Shown piece by piece: positions 28,469 through 36,734 of a DNA stretch of 59,882 nt. The notes under the pieces were generated by a model. The model did not search any database, was not told where the DNA came from, and saw nothing but the letters and a program-made list of their open reading frames with translations. Within the stretch, counting starts at the first letter, position 1. Each line of letters begins with the position of its first letter. A program made the position numbers and the translations under genes. Location: positions 1 through 59,882 of the IMG/VR virus record IMGVR_UViG_3300020008_000002, one strand, 5' to 3'. Origin of the DNA: a virus (lineage: Duplodnaviria; Caudoviricetes).

Positions 28469-28606
28469 TTGGTTTGCCTCCCTCTTTGTGTTCGGTACAT
28501 TCGTATTGTACACCGATCAACTCGGTTTGTCAAGGGGTTTTGGCACCAATATTCTCCTCCCGTCAGACCCATGCTGCCCGTTTCTAGATTATGATATAAT
28601 GACTAT

Positions 28607-28733
28607 ATGGTGAATGTTCTCTTTGATCCGTACAGATCAAAGCCCGCGCTGAGAGTGCATGAGTCAACTCAGCGCGCGACTCCTTGGATGGCAATAAAGA
28701 AGGCTAACGCGTCAGTGGCGTTAGCCTTCTTTT
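28607..28733 (+). ncRNA. Candidate trans-acting antisense sRNA
   Basis: Extended -10 TGaTATAAT at 28592-28600; two hairpins plus a terminator at 28696-28733; 5' 15 nt complementary to the RBS/start of 19753-20835. Confidence 0.55.
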
Positions 28734-28965
28734 ACTGTTTATTATGCTTGAATCTTTCAAAGTACGACTTACCTGGTAACGCACGCTCTGCAACTGACTC
28801 CTCATTAAATCTCGCGAGAGATTTCTGCTCTTTTTCCAAGCGGTAGGCTGCAAGAACTGAGCTGCTGTGGGCCTCGCAGATACCGTGGGATCCATCTCCG
28901 AGTGGCTGACCGTTTTCTTTCATACACCAAGCACATTGCGCTATAATTCCAATGTTGTCGAGCAT
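28732..28965 (-). CDS. Small Cys/His protein
   Basis: CAWC...HGICEAH; GGAGGAG RBS. Confidence 0.55.
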   Translation of the reverse strand: MLDNIGIIAQCAWCMKENGQPLGDGSHGICEAHSSSVLAAYRLEKEQKSLARFNEESVAERALPGKSYFERFKHNKQ

Positions 28966-29182
28966 CTGTCTTTCTCCTCCGAGAAGCTCTTCGTCGTACA
29001 AAGAATCCGTTCTGCATGGCATGATTTGCCCGCACTGATCAGCACAAGAAGCAATCCAAATGGTGTCCGCATAAACCAACGATGTGCATTTACAGTAGAG
29101 AAACCTACTACCCGCAAAAAGCACTATCATATGGCAATATATATTGTCGCATTTTGGTATTTATGGTTTTTCTCCTGCCAAT

Positions 29183-29211
29183 AGTATACGCCGTCGTTGA
29201 CTACATGTCAA
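29183..29211 (-). promoter_or_regulatory. Conserved phage promoter, copy 3
   Basis: TTGACA-tgtagtcaacgacggcg-TATACT. Confidence 0.75.
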
Positions 29212-29275
29212 TCCCATTCGGCTACCAGTTTGAGGAATAGTGATCAATCTCATATAATTTGTCAAGGAGAGAAAT

Positions 29276-29869
29276 ATGCTTTCAGATAAAAAAATCATTC
29301 GCGCGCGGGAACGCGGCGACATCATTATTAGTCCTTTTAATCGCGACCATCTTGGCCCCAATTCATACGATTGTACGCTTGGCTTGTACTATTACGAGGA
29401 ATCTTTACAATTCCCCGACATCTTTATAGACAGTCAAGAGTCGATAAACAAGATGTGGCATCCACCGAGAGCTGCGGATACCGTAATGTATAATGGTGTG
29501 CCTTTTATTCCTATTGACTCAGGGGCGATTATATTAGCTCATACGGAGGAAGTCATAGGCGGACGCAATGGATATGTTGGGATGATGGGGAGCAAATCAA
29601 CCGTTGCTCGCCTAGGACTGTCTGTGTGTCGATGCGCAGGTGTTGGCGACGTTGGCTACATTAGCCGTTGGACCATGGAAATCTGCAATCACACGAAGTC
29701 CAGGCTTTGGCTTCCGATCGGCATGAAGATCTGCCAAATAAGCTTTCACTGTGTAGGCAAAACAACAATAGAATATTCTGGCAATTATCAGAAAGATATT
29801 TGGAAGCCGGAAAATATGCTTCCAAATATATCATCTATCATGGGAGGTAGCAATGGATACAGCAGCTGA
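29276..29869 (+). CDS. dcd: dCTP deaminase
   Basis: MLSDKKI; LGPNSYDCTLG; KSTVARLGL; GDVGY..WTMEI; GMKICQISF. Confidence 0.88.
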   Translation: MLSDKKIIRARERGDIIISPFNRDHLGPNSYDCTLGLYYYEESLQFPDIFIDSQESINKMWHPPRAADTVMYNGVPFIPIDSGAIILAHTEEVIGGRNGYVGMMGSKSTVARLGLSVCRCAGVGDVGYISRWTMEICNHTKSRLWLPIGMKICQISFHCVGKTTIEYSGNYQKDIWKPENMLPNISSIMGGSNGYSS

Positions 29870-30077
29870 CATTCTATGGCGTCTAAGGGGCAAAGAATAC
29901 GTCTCGAGATTTATCGGCGCTGACCATGACAAGGCTCATCTGGTGATAGAGGAAGATGTGGAGAAGTTAAACGCCATTGTCTCGCAATACAGACTGAAAG
30001 CCGTAAAGAGAGACGATGGCGATGAATGGTGTTTGATAGAGAATATCTTCGCGGACCTAGATCAACTACCACTCTAG
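29853..30077 (+). CDS. Hypothetical protein
   Basis: GGAGG RBS. Confidence 0.5.
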   Translation: MDTAADILWRLRGKEYVSRFIGADHDKAHLVIEEDVEKLNAIVSQYRLKAVKRDDGDEWCLIENIFADLDQLPL

Positions 30078-31058
30078 TGGCTTCATGCTATACTCTGTCA
30101 CCCGAGTTTCAAAGAAGTTCTTCTCTTTTGGCAGATCTATTGTTTCACTCATCCAAGGAAACGGATTGACCTTATGATATATCTCAGGCAGTCCGATCCT
30201 CGCCAGTCTGCGGTCTGCGATGTGGCAAATATAATCTGCCACATCGGTCAATGCCAGCGAAGGCAGATTGCTTGACTGGCTATGCTTTGCATAGGAAATC
30301 TCCAAATCAACCGCCTCCTCTATCATTGCGATGATGTTCTCTTGGAACGGCTTTGTCCAAACAAGGGGATTCTCTGCCTTAATGCCATTAATGAGATCTA
30401 TCCCAAAATTTAGATGAATCGTCTCGTCTCGAATAATGTACTGGAATTGTTGCCCTATACCTGTCATCAGATTACGGCGATGCAAGCTAAGGATCGATGC
30501 GAATCCACTATAGAAGAATATGCCTTCCATTGCGACGTAATAGCCGATAAGATTGCGAAGCAACTTGCGAATACCGTCATAAGAAGCTGTTGAGAAATTC
30601 GGATCTAGAATCTCAGACGTTATTTGCATCTGGAATTCGTCCTTAGCCTTTATCGTGTAGTCCGATTGGTACATTTCGAATATTTCAACACAATCAAGGC
30701 CTAGGCTCTCAACGATGTACATGAAGCAGTCAGTGTGCACTGCTTCCTCAAATGCCTGTCGTAGAAGGTACTGACGGCATTCTGCATTGGTTATATGCTT
30801 GAATATCGCCAGTACAATATTATTGCCAACTAGACTCTCTGCAGTTGAGAAAAAACCCAACGTCTTCTTGATAATCTTCCGCTCTGCCTCTGAGAGCGCC
30901 CCCTTGCCGCGCCATGTCTCGATATCCTTCCCCATGGGAACTTCGCTTGGGAGCCAATTGTTTGAGCATCCATTTAAGTAATGCTCCCTGGCCCATGGGT
31001 ATTTGAGTGGTATCAGCTGATTTACATCTACTGAACTCCCATTAATCAACTGTTTCAT
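30066..31058 (-). CDS. nrdB: Ribonucleotide reductase beta subunit, class Ic (R2c)-type
   Basis: W.P.E; [12 protein letters not shown]; EEAVHTDCF; EGIFFYSGF; RDETIH; [10 protein letters not shown]. Confidence 0.92.
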   Translation of the reverse strand: MKQLINGSSVDVNQLIPLKYPWAREHYLNGCSNNWLPSEVPMGKDIETWRGKGALSEAERKIIKKTLGFFSTAESLVGNNIVLAIFKHITNAECRQYLLRQAFEEAVHTDCFMYIVESLGLDCVEIFEMYQSDYTIKAKDEFQMQITSEILDPNFSTASYDGIRKLLRNLIGYYVAMEGIFFYSGFASILSLHRRNLMTGIGQQFQYIIRDETIHLNFGIDLINGIKAENPLVWTKPFQENIIAMIEEAVDLEISYAKHSQSSNLPSLALTDVADYICHIADRRLARIGLPEIYHKVNPFPWMSETIDLPKEKNFFETRVTEYSMKPLEW

Positions 31059-31179
31059 GTGGGTACTCCTCTATAGTGGGCAGGATGAGCATTACCCATC
31101 TCTGTCATACTGCTTCGATTCTTCCGTCAAATCGCTGTAATTGGCATTGTAGAGAGATTTTCGTCTCTCTACGCGAGCC

Positions 31180-33360
31180 TTATTGGCAAACTTCGCAAAC
31201 GGTTGATGTACACACATTTGCGCTTTCTGACTTGCTCTCCATCCAGCGAGGTTGGATCCCGAATTTATTAATATCGACCGTTGACTTCTCTATTTGCGTA
31301 GCGGCTTGCGCTCTTAGATAGTAAGTGGTCTTTAAGCCTTTCTTCCAGCAAAGAAAGTACATGTCATTTATCTTCTTGCCACTCGCCTCGCTAATGTACA
31401 AATTAAATGACTGCCCCTGATCAATCCACTTTTGGCGGCGGCTTGCGCACTCGATGAGAATGCGCGGATCAATCTCGAATGCCGTCTTGTAACAATCTTT
31501 GATCTCTACCGGTATCTCTGGTATATGTTGCACAGAACCGTCGTAGTACTTCAACTTCTCTAGCATCGAACGATCCCAGAGACCGATCTCTTTCAAATCA
31601 GCGATCAAGAATCGATTAACACTGGTAAAATCTCCGCTTAGATTGGACTTTACATACAAATTACGATATTGCGGCTCGATGGACTGACTACATCCTGCAA
31701 TGATAGAGATGGTCGCGGTAGGAGCAATGGCCGTGACATTGCTGTTGCGCATGCCTTGCACATATATCTTCTGGGATAATTTCCCCCATTCAAGCTTTTT
31801 TGACTGATCAACCGTCTCGATATTTGTATCTATAGGCATAATGCCGTAGTACCAATCAGAACCACGTATCGAGCTATAAGATCCGCGCTCCATCGCTAAG
31901 TCACTACTGGCCTCTATGGCACAATATGATAAAAGTTCCATCGACTCGTCTGCTACTCTGATTGCCTCTTGGCTGTTGTATGAAAGCCCCATCTTATAGA
32001 GCATATCCTGAAATCCCATAATCCCCAGCCCTATAGGTCTATGCTTCTTATTGGCATTTTCAGCCTCTGGAACCGGATAATAGTTAATGTCGATGACGTT
32101 ATCAAGCATCCGAACCGCTATTTGTACGGTTGATTTGAGCAAGTCTGCGTCAAGCTTGCCGTCTACCGTATGCCGACTGAGATTAACGCTACCGAGATTG
32201 CAAACTGCTATTTCGTCCTTACTTGTATTGAGCATTATCTCGGTGCACAAATTGCTGCTATGTATTGTTCCGCAATGCAGTTGGGGATTCCGATCATTAG
32301 ATGTGTCTTTAAAGGTCACCCAAGGGTGACCTGTCTCATAAACGCTCCCCAAATGATGTCTCCAGAGCGCTTTCGCAGATACTCTCTTGAAGAGCTTGAT
32401 TTCACCTTTGTCTGCCATCGCCTCATACTCTTTGTATCTATTTGCAAATCCGGATGAATAGAGATCATGCAGGTCTGGCACATCATTTGGACTGAACAGC
32501 GTCCAATCCTCGTCAGCCTCGACTCTGCGCATGAATTCATCTGAAATCCAACAAGCAGTATGCAGGTCGGGGCATCGTCGGCGCTCATCACCGGTGTTTT
32601 TGCAGAGATCAAGGAAGTCCTCGATATCCAAATGCCAATTCTCTAGATAGACGCAAACAGCTCCTTGCCGTTTGCCGCCTTGATTAACGGCTACCGCCGT
32701 GTCATTAACGATCTTTAGAAATGGAATCACCCCTTGGCTGTTCCCGTGCGTCCCCTCGATGACCTTGCCTAAAGAACGAATATTCGTCCAATCATTGCCT
32801 AGCCCACCCGCATACTTTGATAACAGAGCGTTATCTTTAATTGCGTCGAATATCTCTTCTAGACTGTCCCTTACCGTCGTAAGGAAGCAACTAGCACATT
32901 GCTGCTTTAATGTCCCTGCATCGAATAACGTCGGAGTTGCGGGCGAGTATAGCATGAGCGACATTACTTCGTAGAATTCTATCGCTCTGGCTTCCTTATC
33001 GTCCTCATTAATGGCCAGCGCCATTGCAATTCTCATCCAGAGACACTGAGGCGGTTCTATGACGACTGCGAGGTCGTTACGGAGTAGATAGCGATCGTAG
33101 AGCGTCTGCAAGCCCGGATAGTCGAACAGGAGATCTCTCTCTGGTCTTATTGCCTTGCCAAGCCGCGCAATATCAAAGATCCGCAAATCAGGGGTCATTC
33201 TTTTTGCAACAATGGATTTATCCATATAGATAGGGAGATACTGCTCGTACGACTCGAATTCGTCCGGCATGATCTCTTGAAGCAACAACCCCGCTGCTTC
33301 ATATGTCTTGTCGGGATAAAATTCTATTTGATCCCGTAATGAGTAAATCTCCGGTGTCAT
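31180..33360 (-). CDS. nrdA: Ribonucleotide reductase alpha subunit (class I)
   Basis: ATPTLF; SCFL; SSNLCTEI; VCNLGS; APTATIS; KTTYYLR; C-terminal CEVCQ. Confidence 0.95.
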   Translation of the reverse strand: MTPEIYSLRDQIEFYPDKTYEAAGLLLQEIMPDEFESYEQYLPIYMDKSIVAKRMTPDLRIFDIARLGKAIRPERDLLFDYPGLQTLYDRYLLRNDLAVVIEPPQCLWMRIAMALAINEDDKEARAIEFYEVMSLMLYSPATPTLFDAGTLKQQCASCFLTTVRDSLEEIFDAIKDNALLSKYAGGLGNDWTNIRSLGKVIEGTHGNSQGVIPFLKIVNDTAVAVNQGGKRQGAVCVYLENWHLDIEDFLDLCKNTGDERRRCPDLHTACWISDEFMRRVEADEDWTLFSPNDVPDLHDLYSSGFANRYKEYEAMADKGEIKLFKRVSAKALWRHHLGSVYETGHPWVTFKDTSNDRNPQLHCGTIHSSNLCTEIMLNTSKDEIAVCNLGSVNLSRHTVDGKLDADLLKSTVQIAVRMLDNVIDINYYPVPEAENANKKHRPIGLGIMGFQDMLYKMGLSYNSQEAIRVADESMELLSYCAIEASSDLAMERGSYSSIRGSDWYYGIMPIDTNIETVDQSKKLEWGKLSQKIYVQGMRNSNVTAIAPTATISIIAGCSQSIEPQYRNLYVKSNLSGDFTSVNRFLIADLKEIGLWDRSMLEKLKYYDGSVQHIPEIPVEIKDCYKTAFEIDPRILIECASRRQKWIDQGQSFNLYISEASGKKINDMYFLCWKKGLKTTYYLRAQAATQIEKSTVDINKFGIQPRWMESKSESANVCTSTVCEVCQ

Positions 33361-33419
33361 GGTTGATCTCCTTTATTTTGAAGTGTATGTTGCCGATCTT
33401 CAAAAGGCAACCTGATAGT

Positions 33420-33448
33420 AGTATACGACATCGTTGACTACTTGTCAA
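33420..33448 (-). promoter_or_regulatory. Conserved phage promoter, copy 4 (nrdAB)
   Basis: TTGACA-agtagtcaacgatgtcg-TATACT. Confidence 0.8.
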
Positions 33449-33466
33449 GGGGCCAGGACCAATGGA

Positions 33467-33495
33467 TTGACATTGGCGATTGAGAATGCTATAAT
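33467..33495 (+). promoter_or_regulatory. Consensus promoter for tmk and the downstream mini-array
   Basis: TTGACA-17-TATAAT. Confidence 0.78.
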
Positions 33496-33521
33496 GAAGC
33501 ACAACATCCAAGGAGGAACTC

Positions 33522-34193
33522 ATGCTCATCACTTTTGAAGGCATCGATGGGTCCGGTAAATCGACCCAGACTAGGCTCTTGTATGAATATCTTCTGCCAA
33601 AGGTAGATTCACAAATTATCATAACCAGCGAGCCTTACAGTACCGCGGCAAGATCACTGCTTGACCAAAATGAGTTCTATTCCATCGATTCATCAGTAGC
33701 AAGATCGTTTGTCTATTTCGCGGACAGGGCAATCCATATAGAGGAGCTGATCAACCCGGCTCTCAAATCGGGCCATATTGTAATATGCGACCGATACATA
33801 GATAGCAGTATTGCATATCAAAGTGTTATAAGTGGTCTTTCTGTCGGCTTTATATACGAGTGCAACTCAGTTTGCTCGTATGGCATTGTCCCGAATCTTA
33901 CTCTCCTGCTTGACACTCCGACTGACGTGGCGTGTGCCCGAAAAATGCATGATGGTGAAGTGATGAACGAAGATACCGAGTTGACTTTATGTAAGATCAG
34001 GAGCTCCTATCTAGCTATTGCCCAGAAAGAACCAGATCGCATAAAGATAATTGATTCCAATCAATCTAGGTATGATGTTCACGATGAGATCGTTATGTTT
34101 GTAGATAGAGCACTAGATATCGACATCTGTATCAGATGCAGGTCTAGGCGACAGGTTGACCGAACTAAGCACTGTTTCCATTGCAGGGCCTAG
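33522..34193 (+). CDS. tmk: Thymidylate kinase
   Basis: ITFEGIDGSGKSTQ; ADRAIH; ICDRYIDSSIAYQ. Confidence 0.93.
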   Translation: MLITFEGIDGSGKSTQTRLLYEYLLPKVDSQIIITSEPYSTAARSLLDQNEFYSIDSSVARSFVYFADRAIHIEELINPALKSGHIVICDRYIDSSIAYQSVISGLSVGFIYECNSVCSYGIVPNLTLLLDTPTDVACARKMHDGEVMNEDTELTLCKIRSSYLAIAQKEPDRIKIIDSNQSRYDVHDEIVMFVDRALDIDICIRCRSRRQVDRTKHCFHCRA

Positions 34194-34205
34194 GAGCATA
34201 CATGA

Positions 34206-34323
34206 GTGGGGCGACAACCGTTTTCGCGACTTAGCGATTGAAACTACACTCTCATAGATACTGCCACCCAAAGAGCCACAAGGGATGTGATAACCGTTTT
34301 TCGCGACTTTTGCGATTGGAAAC
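34206..34323 (+). CRISPR. Cas-less mini-CRISPR array: repeat - spacer - degenerate repeat
   Basis: R1 GTGGGGCGACAACCGTTTTCGCGACTTAGCGATTGAAAC (34206-34244); R2 GTGATAACCGTTTTTCGCGACTTTTGCGATTGGAAAC (34287-34323); spacer of about 37-42 nt matching 10413-10453. Confidence 0.75.
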
Positions 34324-34339
34324 AAGTACCTCCTTTTTT

Positions 34340-34372
34340 AAAGTCGGTAGATTATTGTATCTACCGACTTTT
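34340..34372 (+). terminator. Intrinsic terminator after the mini-array
   Basis: aaagtcggtagat / atctaccgactttt. Confidence 0.75.
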
Positions 34373-34420
34373 AGTTCTCAACGAGTTATAGAAAATTGCC
34401 AAAATACCCAGTCAAACACC

Positions 34421-34449
34421 TTGACAAGTAGTCAACGATGGCGTATACT
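34421..34449 (+). promoter_or_regulatory. Conserved phage promoter, copy 5
   Basis: TTGACA-agtagtcaacgatggcg-TATACT. Confidence 0.82.
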
Positions 34450-34497
34450 ATGGCCAGATACAATTTTTGTACCTGATAAATTATCAAGGAGACCACC

Positions 34498-34797
34498 ATG
34501 ATTACTTCAAAGATAAGCTGCCAAGATGAGATCGTCAGATTCACCGACGATTGGGCAGAAGGCGATATAGAAATGATAATGAACAGCGACTACTGCTTCG
34601 AGCTGATAGGGAGCGACAAAGCAATGGAAGAACTAGATCTCAAGATTATCCACGAGCCGGAATCCGTTATTCTTTGGAGCGACGGCGGGAAGCCGTTCTG
34701 TTTCTCTAATGTCGATCTAGAGGATTTGATCAGCGACTATGCTAAGGACTATGGTCGGGCAGAGCGTGTTTCAGGCCTTAGTGGGATCTACTGCTAG
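34498..34797 (+). CDS. Acidic hypothetical early protein
   Basis: AGGAG RBS directly after promoter copy 5. Confidence 0.6.
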   Translation: MITSKISCQDEIVRFTDDWAEGDIEMIMNSDYCFELIGSDKAMEELDLKIIHEPESVILWSDGGKPFCFSNVDLEDLISDYAKDYGRAERVSGLSGIYC

Positions 34798-34819
34798 TAG
34801 ATTCCGAGAGGAGAACGTT

Positions 34820-35131
34820 ATGAAGTCCAAAAATATAACCATCACGTGCTACCAAGACGATAAAGAGGTTGCTATGAATATCGAGGCTTTTGTAGCGAAC
34901 GGCCTGGCTTTGCACCGAGACATAAGCGGCAAGCATTGCCGATGGTCGATAACATGCGTAAGTAGCTCAAACATCATATCTTACTTCAAAGCCTCAAAGT
35001 CAAAGGCTCTCGCTGTATTTGAGAGCATATACCCTCTCTTCGGGGAATGGAGTTCTGATGTCTTTTCTTGGGAAAACCGAGAAAAAATATATCAGATAAA
35101 CCAAAAGAGAATAGAAATTCTCGGAGAATAA
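34820..35131 (+). CDS. Hypothetical protein
   Basis: GAGGAG RBS. Confidence 0.55.
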   Translation: MKSKNITITCYQDDKEVAMNIEAFVANGLALHRDISGKHCRWSITCVSSSNIISYFKASKSKALAVFESIYPLFGEWSSDVFSWENREKIYQINQKRIEILGE

Positions 35132-35142
35132 GGAGAACAACC

Positions 35143-35418
35143 ATGAACGCTCAGATCAGATCAGGAATTGAAATTCTTGACGATATCATCGGACCGATTT
35201 GGATTCGGAGCATTGACGTGGAATCGCTCGATATTAGAGATTGCAATCAATGCATCTTGGGACAGCTTTACGGCTCGTATGAATGTGGAGTGGATTATCT
35301 ATTCCAAGGAAGCGAGCAGCGCGCCTCTGACCATGGCTTCATTGCTCCGTCGGACGGGATAGATCGACTTACACAGGAATGGAAGAATGTTATAGATAAA
35401 AAGTTGCACGAGATGTAG
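35143..35418 (+). CDS. Hypothetical phage protein
   Basis: AAGGAG RBS; W...ID...LDI..C.QCILGQLYG.Y pattern. Confidence 0.6.
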   Translation: MNAQIRSGIEILDDIIGPIWIRSIDVESLDIRDCNQCILGQLYGSYECGVDYLFQGSEQRASDHGFIAPSDGIDRLTQEWKNVIDKKLHEM

Positions 35419-35449
35419 ATTGCCGGATGCCCCTATCTAGCAATCTAAC

Positions 35450-35481
35450 AAAACCCGTTAGATAGCGTCTAACGGGTTTTT
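35450..35481 (+). terminator. Intrinsic terminator
   Basis: aaaacccgttaga / tctaacgggttttt. Confidence 0.75.
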
Positions 35482-35510
35482 ATTTTTGTCAAAATTGGTA
35501 GTCAAATACC

Positions 35511-35539
35511 TTGACAAATAGTTGACGATGGCGTATACT
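35511..35539 (+). promoter_or_regulatory. Conserved phage promoter, copy 6
   Basis: TTGACA-aatagttgacgatggcg-TATACT. Confidence 0.8.
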
Positions 35540-35589
35540 ATGGCCAGGTACAAAATTTGTACCTGGTAAATTATCGAAGGACCAAGACC

Positions 35590-35985
35590 ATGAGATTTGA
35601 ATTTGGAAAGCATAAAAACGAGCGCCTAGACGAGGTGCCTATAAAGTACCTCAATTGGTTGCTGTCACATAGGAATGTTCTTGCTGTACGAAACAGATGG
35701 ATCTTGGTCCACGTACAGAGCGAGATTAACGCTCGAAAGGAAACTACGATGACTAGACGCCGTATGATTGTGGAAGGCAAGACCTTCTATACAATCCAAG
35801 AGTCAGTTGGGAGTGGCAAGTGGAAGAGTACAGATATCTGCTTCACGATGGCCCCAGAACTTGCCCAATCATATTGCAGTGCTTCTACCGATGATGAGCG
35901 TGAATGCGTGCTCAGCATCTACCAATCGGAACTGTCGCGCAGATCTGGAGATCTTGCAAGATGGAACAGTTTTAATCCAAGATAA
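35590..35985 (+). CDS. Protein with N-terminal FGKH..YLNW (DUF3820-like) domain
   Basis: MRFEFGKHKNERLDEVPIKYLNWL. Confidence 0.6.
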   Translation: MRFEFGKHKNERLDEVPIKYLNWLLSHRNVLAVRNRWILVHVQSEINARKETTMTRRRMIVEGKTFYTIQESVGSGKWKSTDICFTMAPELAQSYCSASTDDERECVLSIYQSELSRRSGDLARWNSFNPR

Positions 35986-35996
35986 GGAGAACGACC

Positions 35997-36323
35997 ATGC
36001 TTAATTCAATGACCAGAACCGACGCCGTTTACATGAGCAGCGCTCGGGAGATATATCCTCCTGAGAATGTTGCCAAACAAACCGTGTACTTCAAGACTTC
36101 ACAATCGTATCGCGGAGTCATCCGCAGCGTGACTGTGGTAGGAACTGTTGACTATGAGACTTACGGCACGACAAACGTCCGTTTTGGGCACGTGAAAGTA
36201 CAAGGTAAGAAGTTTATGGTTGTAGAAGAAAGAAACTCTTGGTGGGCAGTATGTCTGTATGGCGACACAGGCTTTGGCGATTATCGTCCGATGTTGCGTC
36301 TCGAGCGCAATCTTATCAAGTAG
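35997..36323 (+). CDS. Hypothetical protein
   Basis: AAGGAG RBS. Confidence 0.55.
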   Translation: MLNSMTRTDAVYMSSAREIYPPENVAKQTVYFKTSQSYRGVIRSVTVVGTVDYETYGTTNVRFGHVKVQGKKFMVVEERNSWWAVCLYGDTGFGDYRPMLRLERNLIK

Positions 36324-36333
36324 GGAGATTAAT

Positions 36334-36570
36334 ATGTACGGCCATACCACAGATCGCATAATGGAATTGCATCATCTTTTTGCAGTGAGTCCGCACGGGC
36401 TGACTAAAGAGGAGATATTCGTGGCAATACCATCCTACAAGGCGAAGAATGAGTACGCGCGGAGTAAGATGTTGTTTAGGGATATCGGATTCTTACGCAA
36501 ACGCGGGCTTGAAATCATTTGGGACCGAAGCGCGGGCGCACAACGCTATCGTATAATGGAAGTCCGCTAA
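36334..36570 (+). CDS. Small winged-helix protein (resembles the N-terminus of PafB/WYL regulators)
   Basis: RIMEL...GLTKEEIF..IPSY......KMLFRDIGFLR..GLEI......YRI. Confidence 0.55.
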   Translation: MYGHTTDRIMELHHLFAVSPHGLTKEEIFVAIPSYKAKNEYARSKMLFRDIGFLRKRGLEIIWDRSAGAQRYRIMEVR

Positions 36571-36734
36571 AAATAAAGTCCCTTCCACTTCTACTGTAAT
36601 TGACCGAGGTCTTGCTTGGCGGCTCCCTCGGCCTGACGAACACTCATTCTGATCTGATTATATCACAGGGCACAACGCTCTGTCAAGGCGAAATTGTCGC
36701 GATTTAATTGGTCAGATGACAAGGATGCAATTTT

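Noticed and set aside
28607-28846. 79-aa plus-strand ORF starting at 28607
   Set aside because: It runs through a strong terminator and overlaps a convergent gene. An sRNA fits better, although leaderless translation cannot be excluded.
10413-34286. Spacer/protospacer pair as a diversity-generating retroelement TR/VR
   Set aside because: No reverse transcriptase, the match is only about 40 nt, and it is bounded by CRISPR-like repeats.
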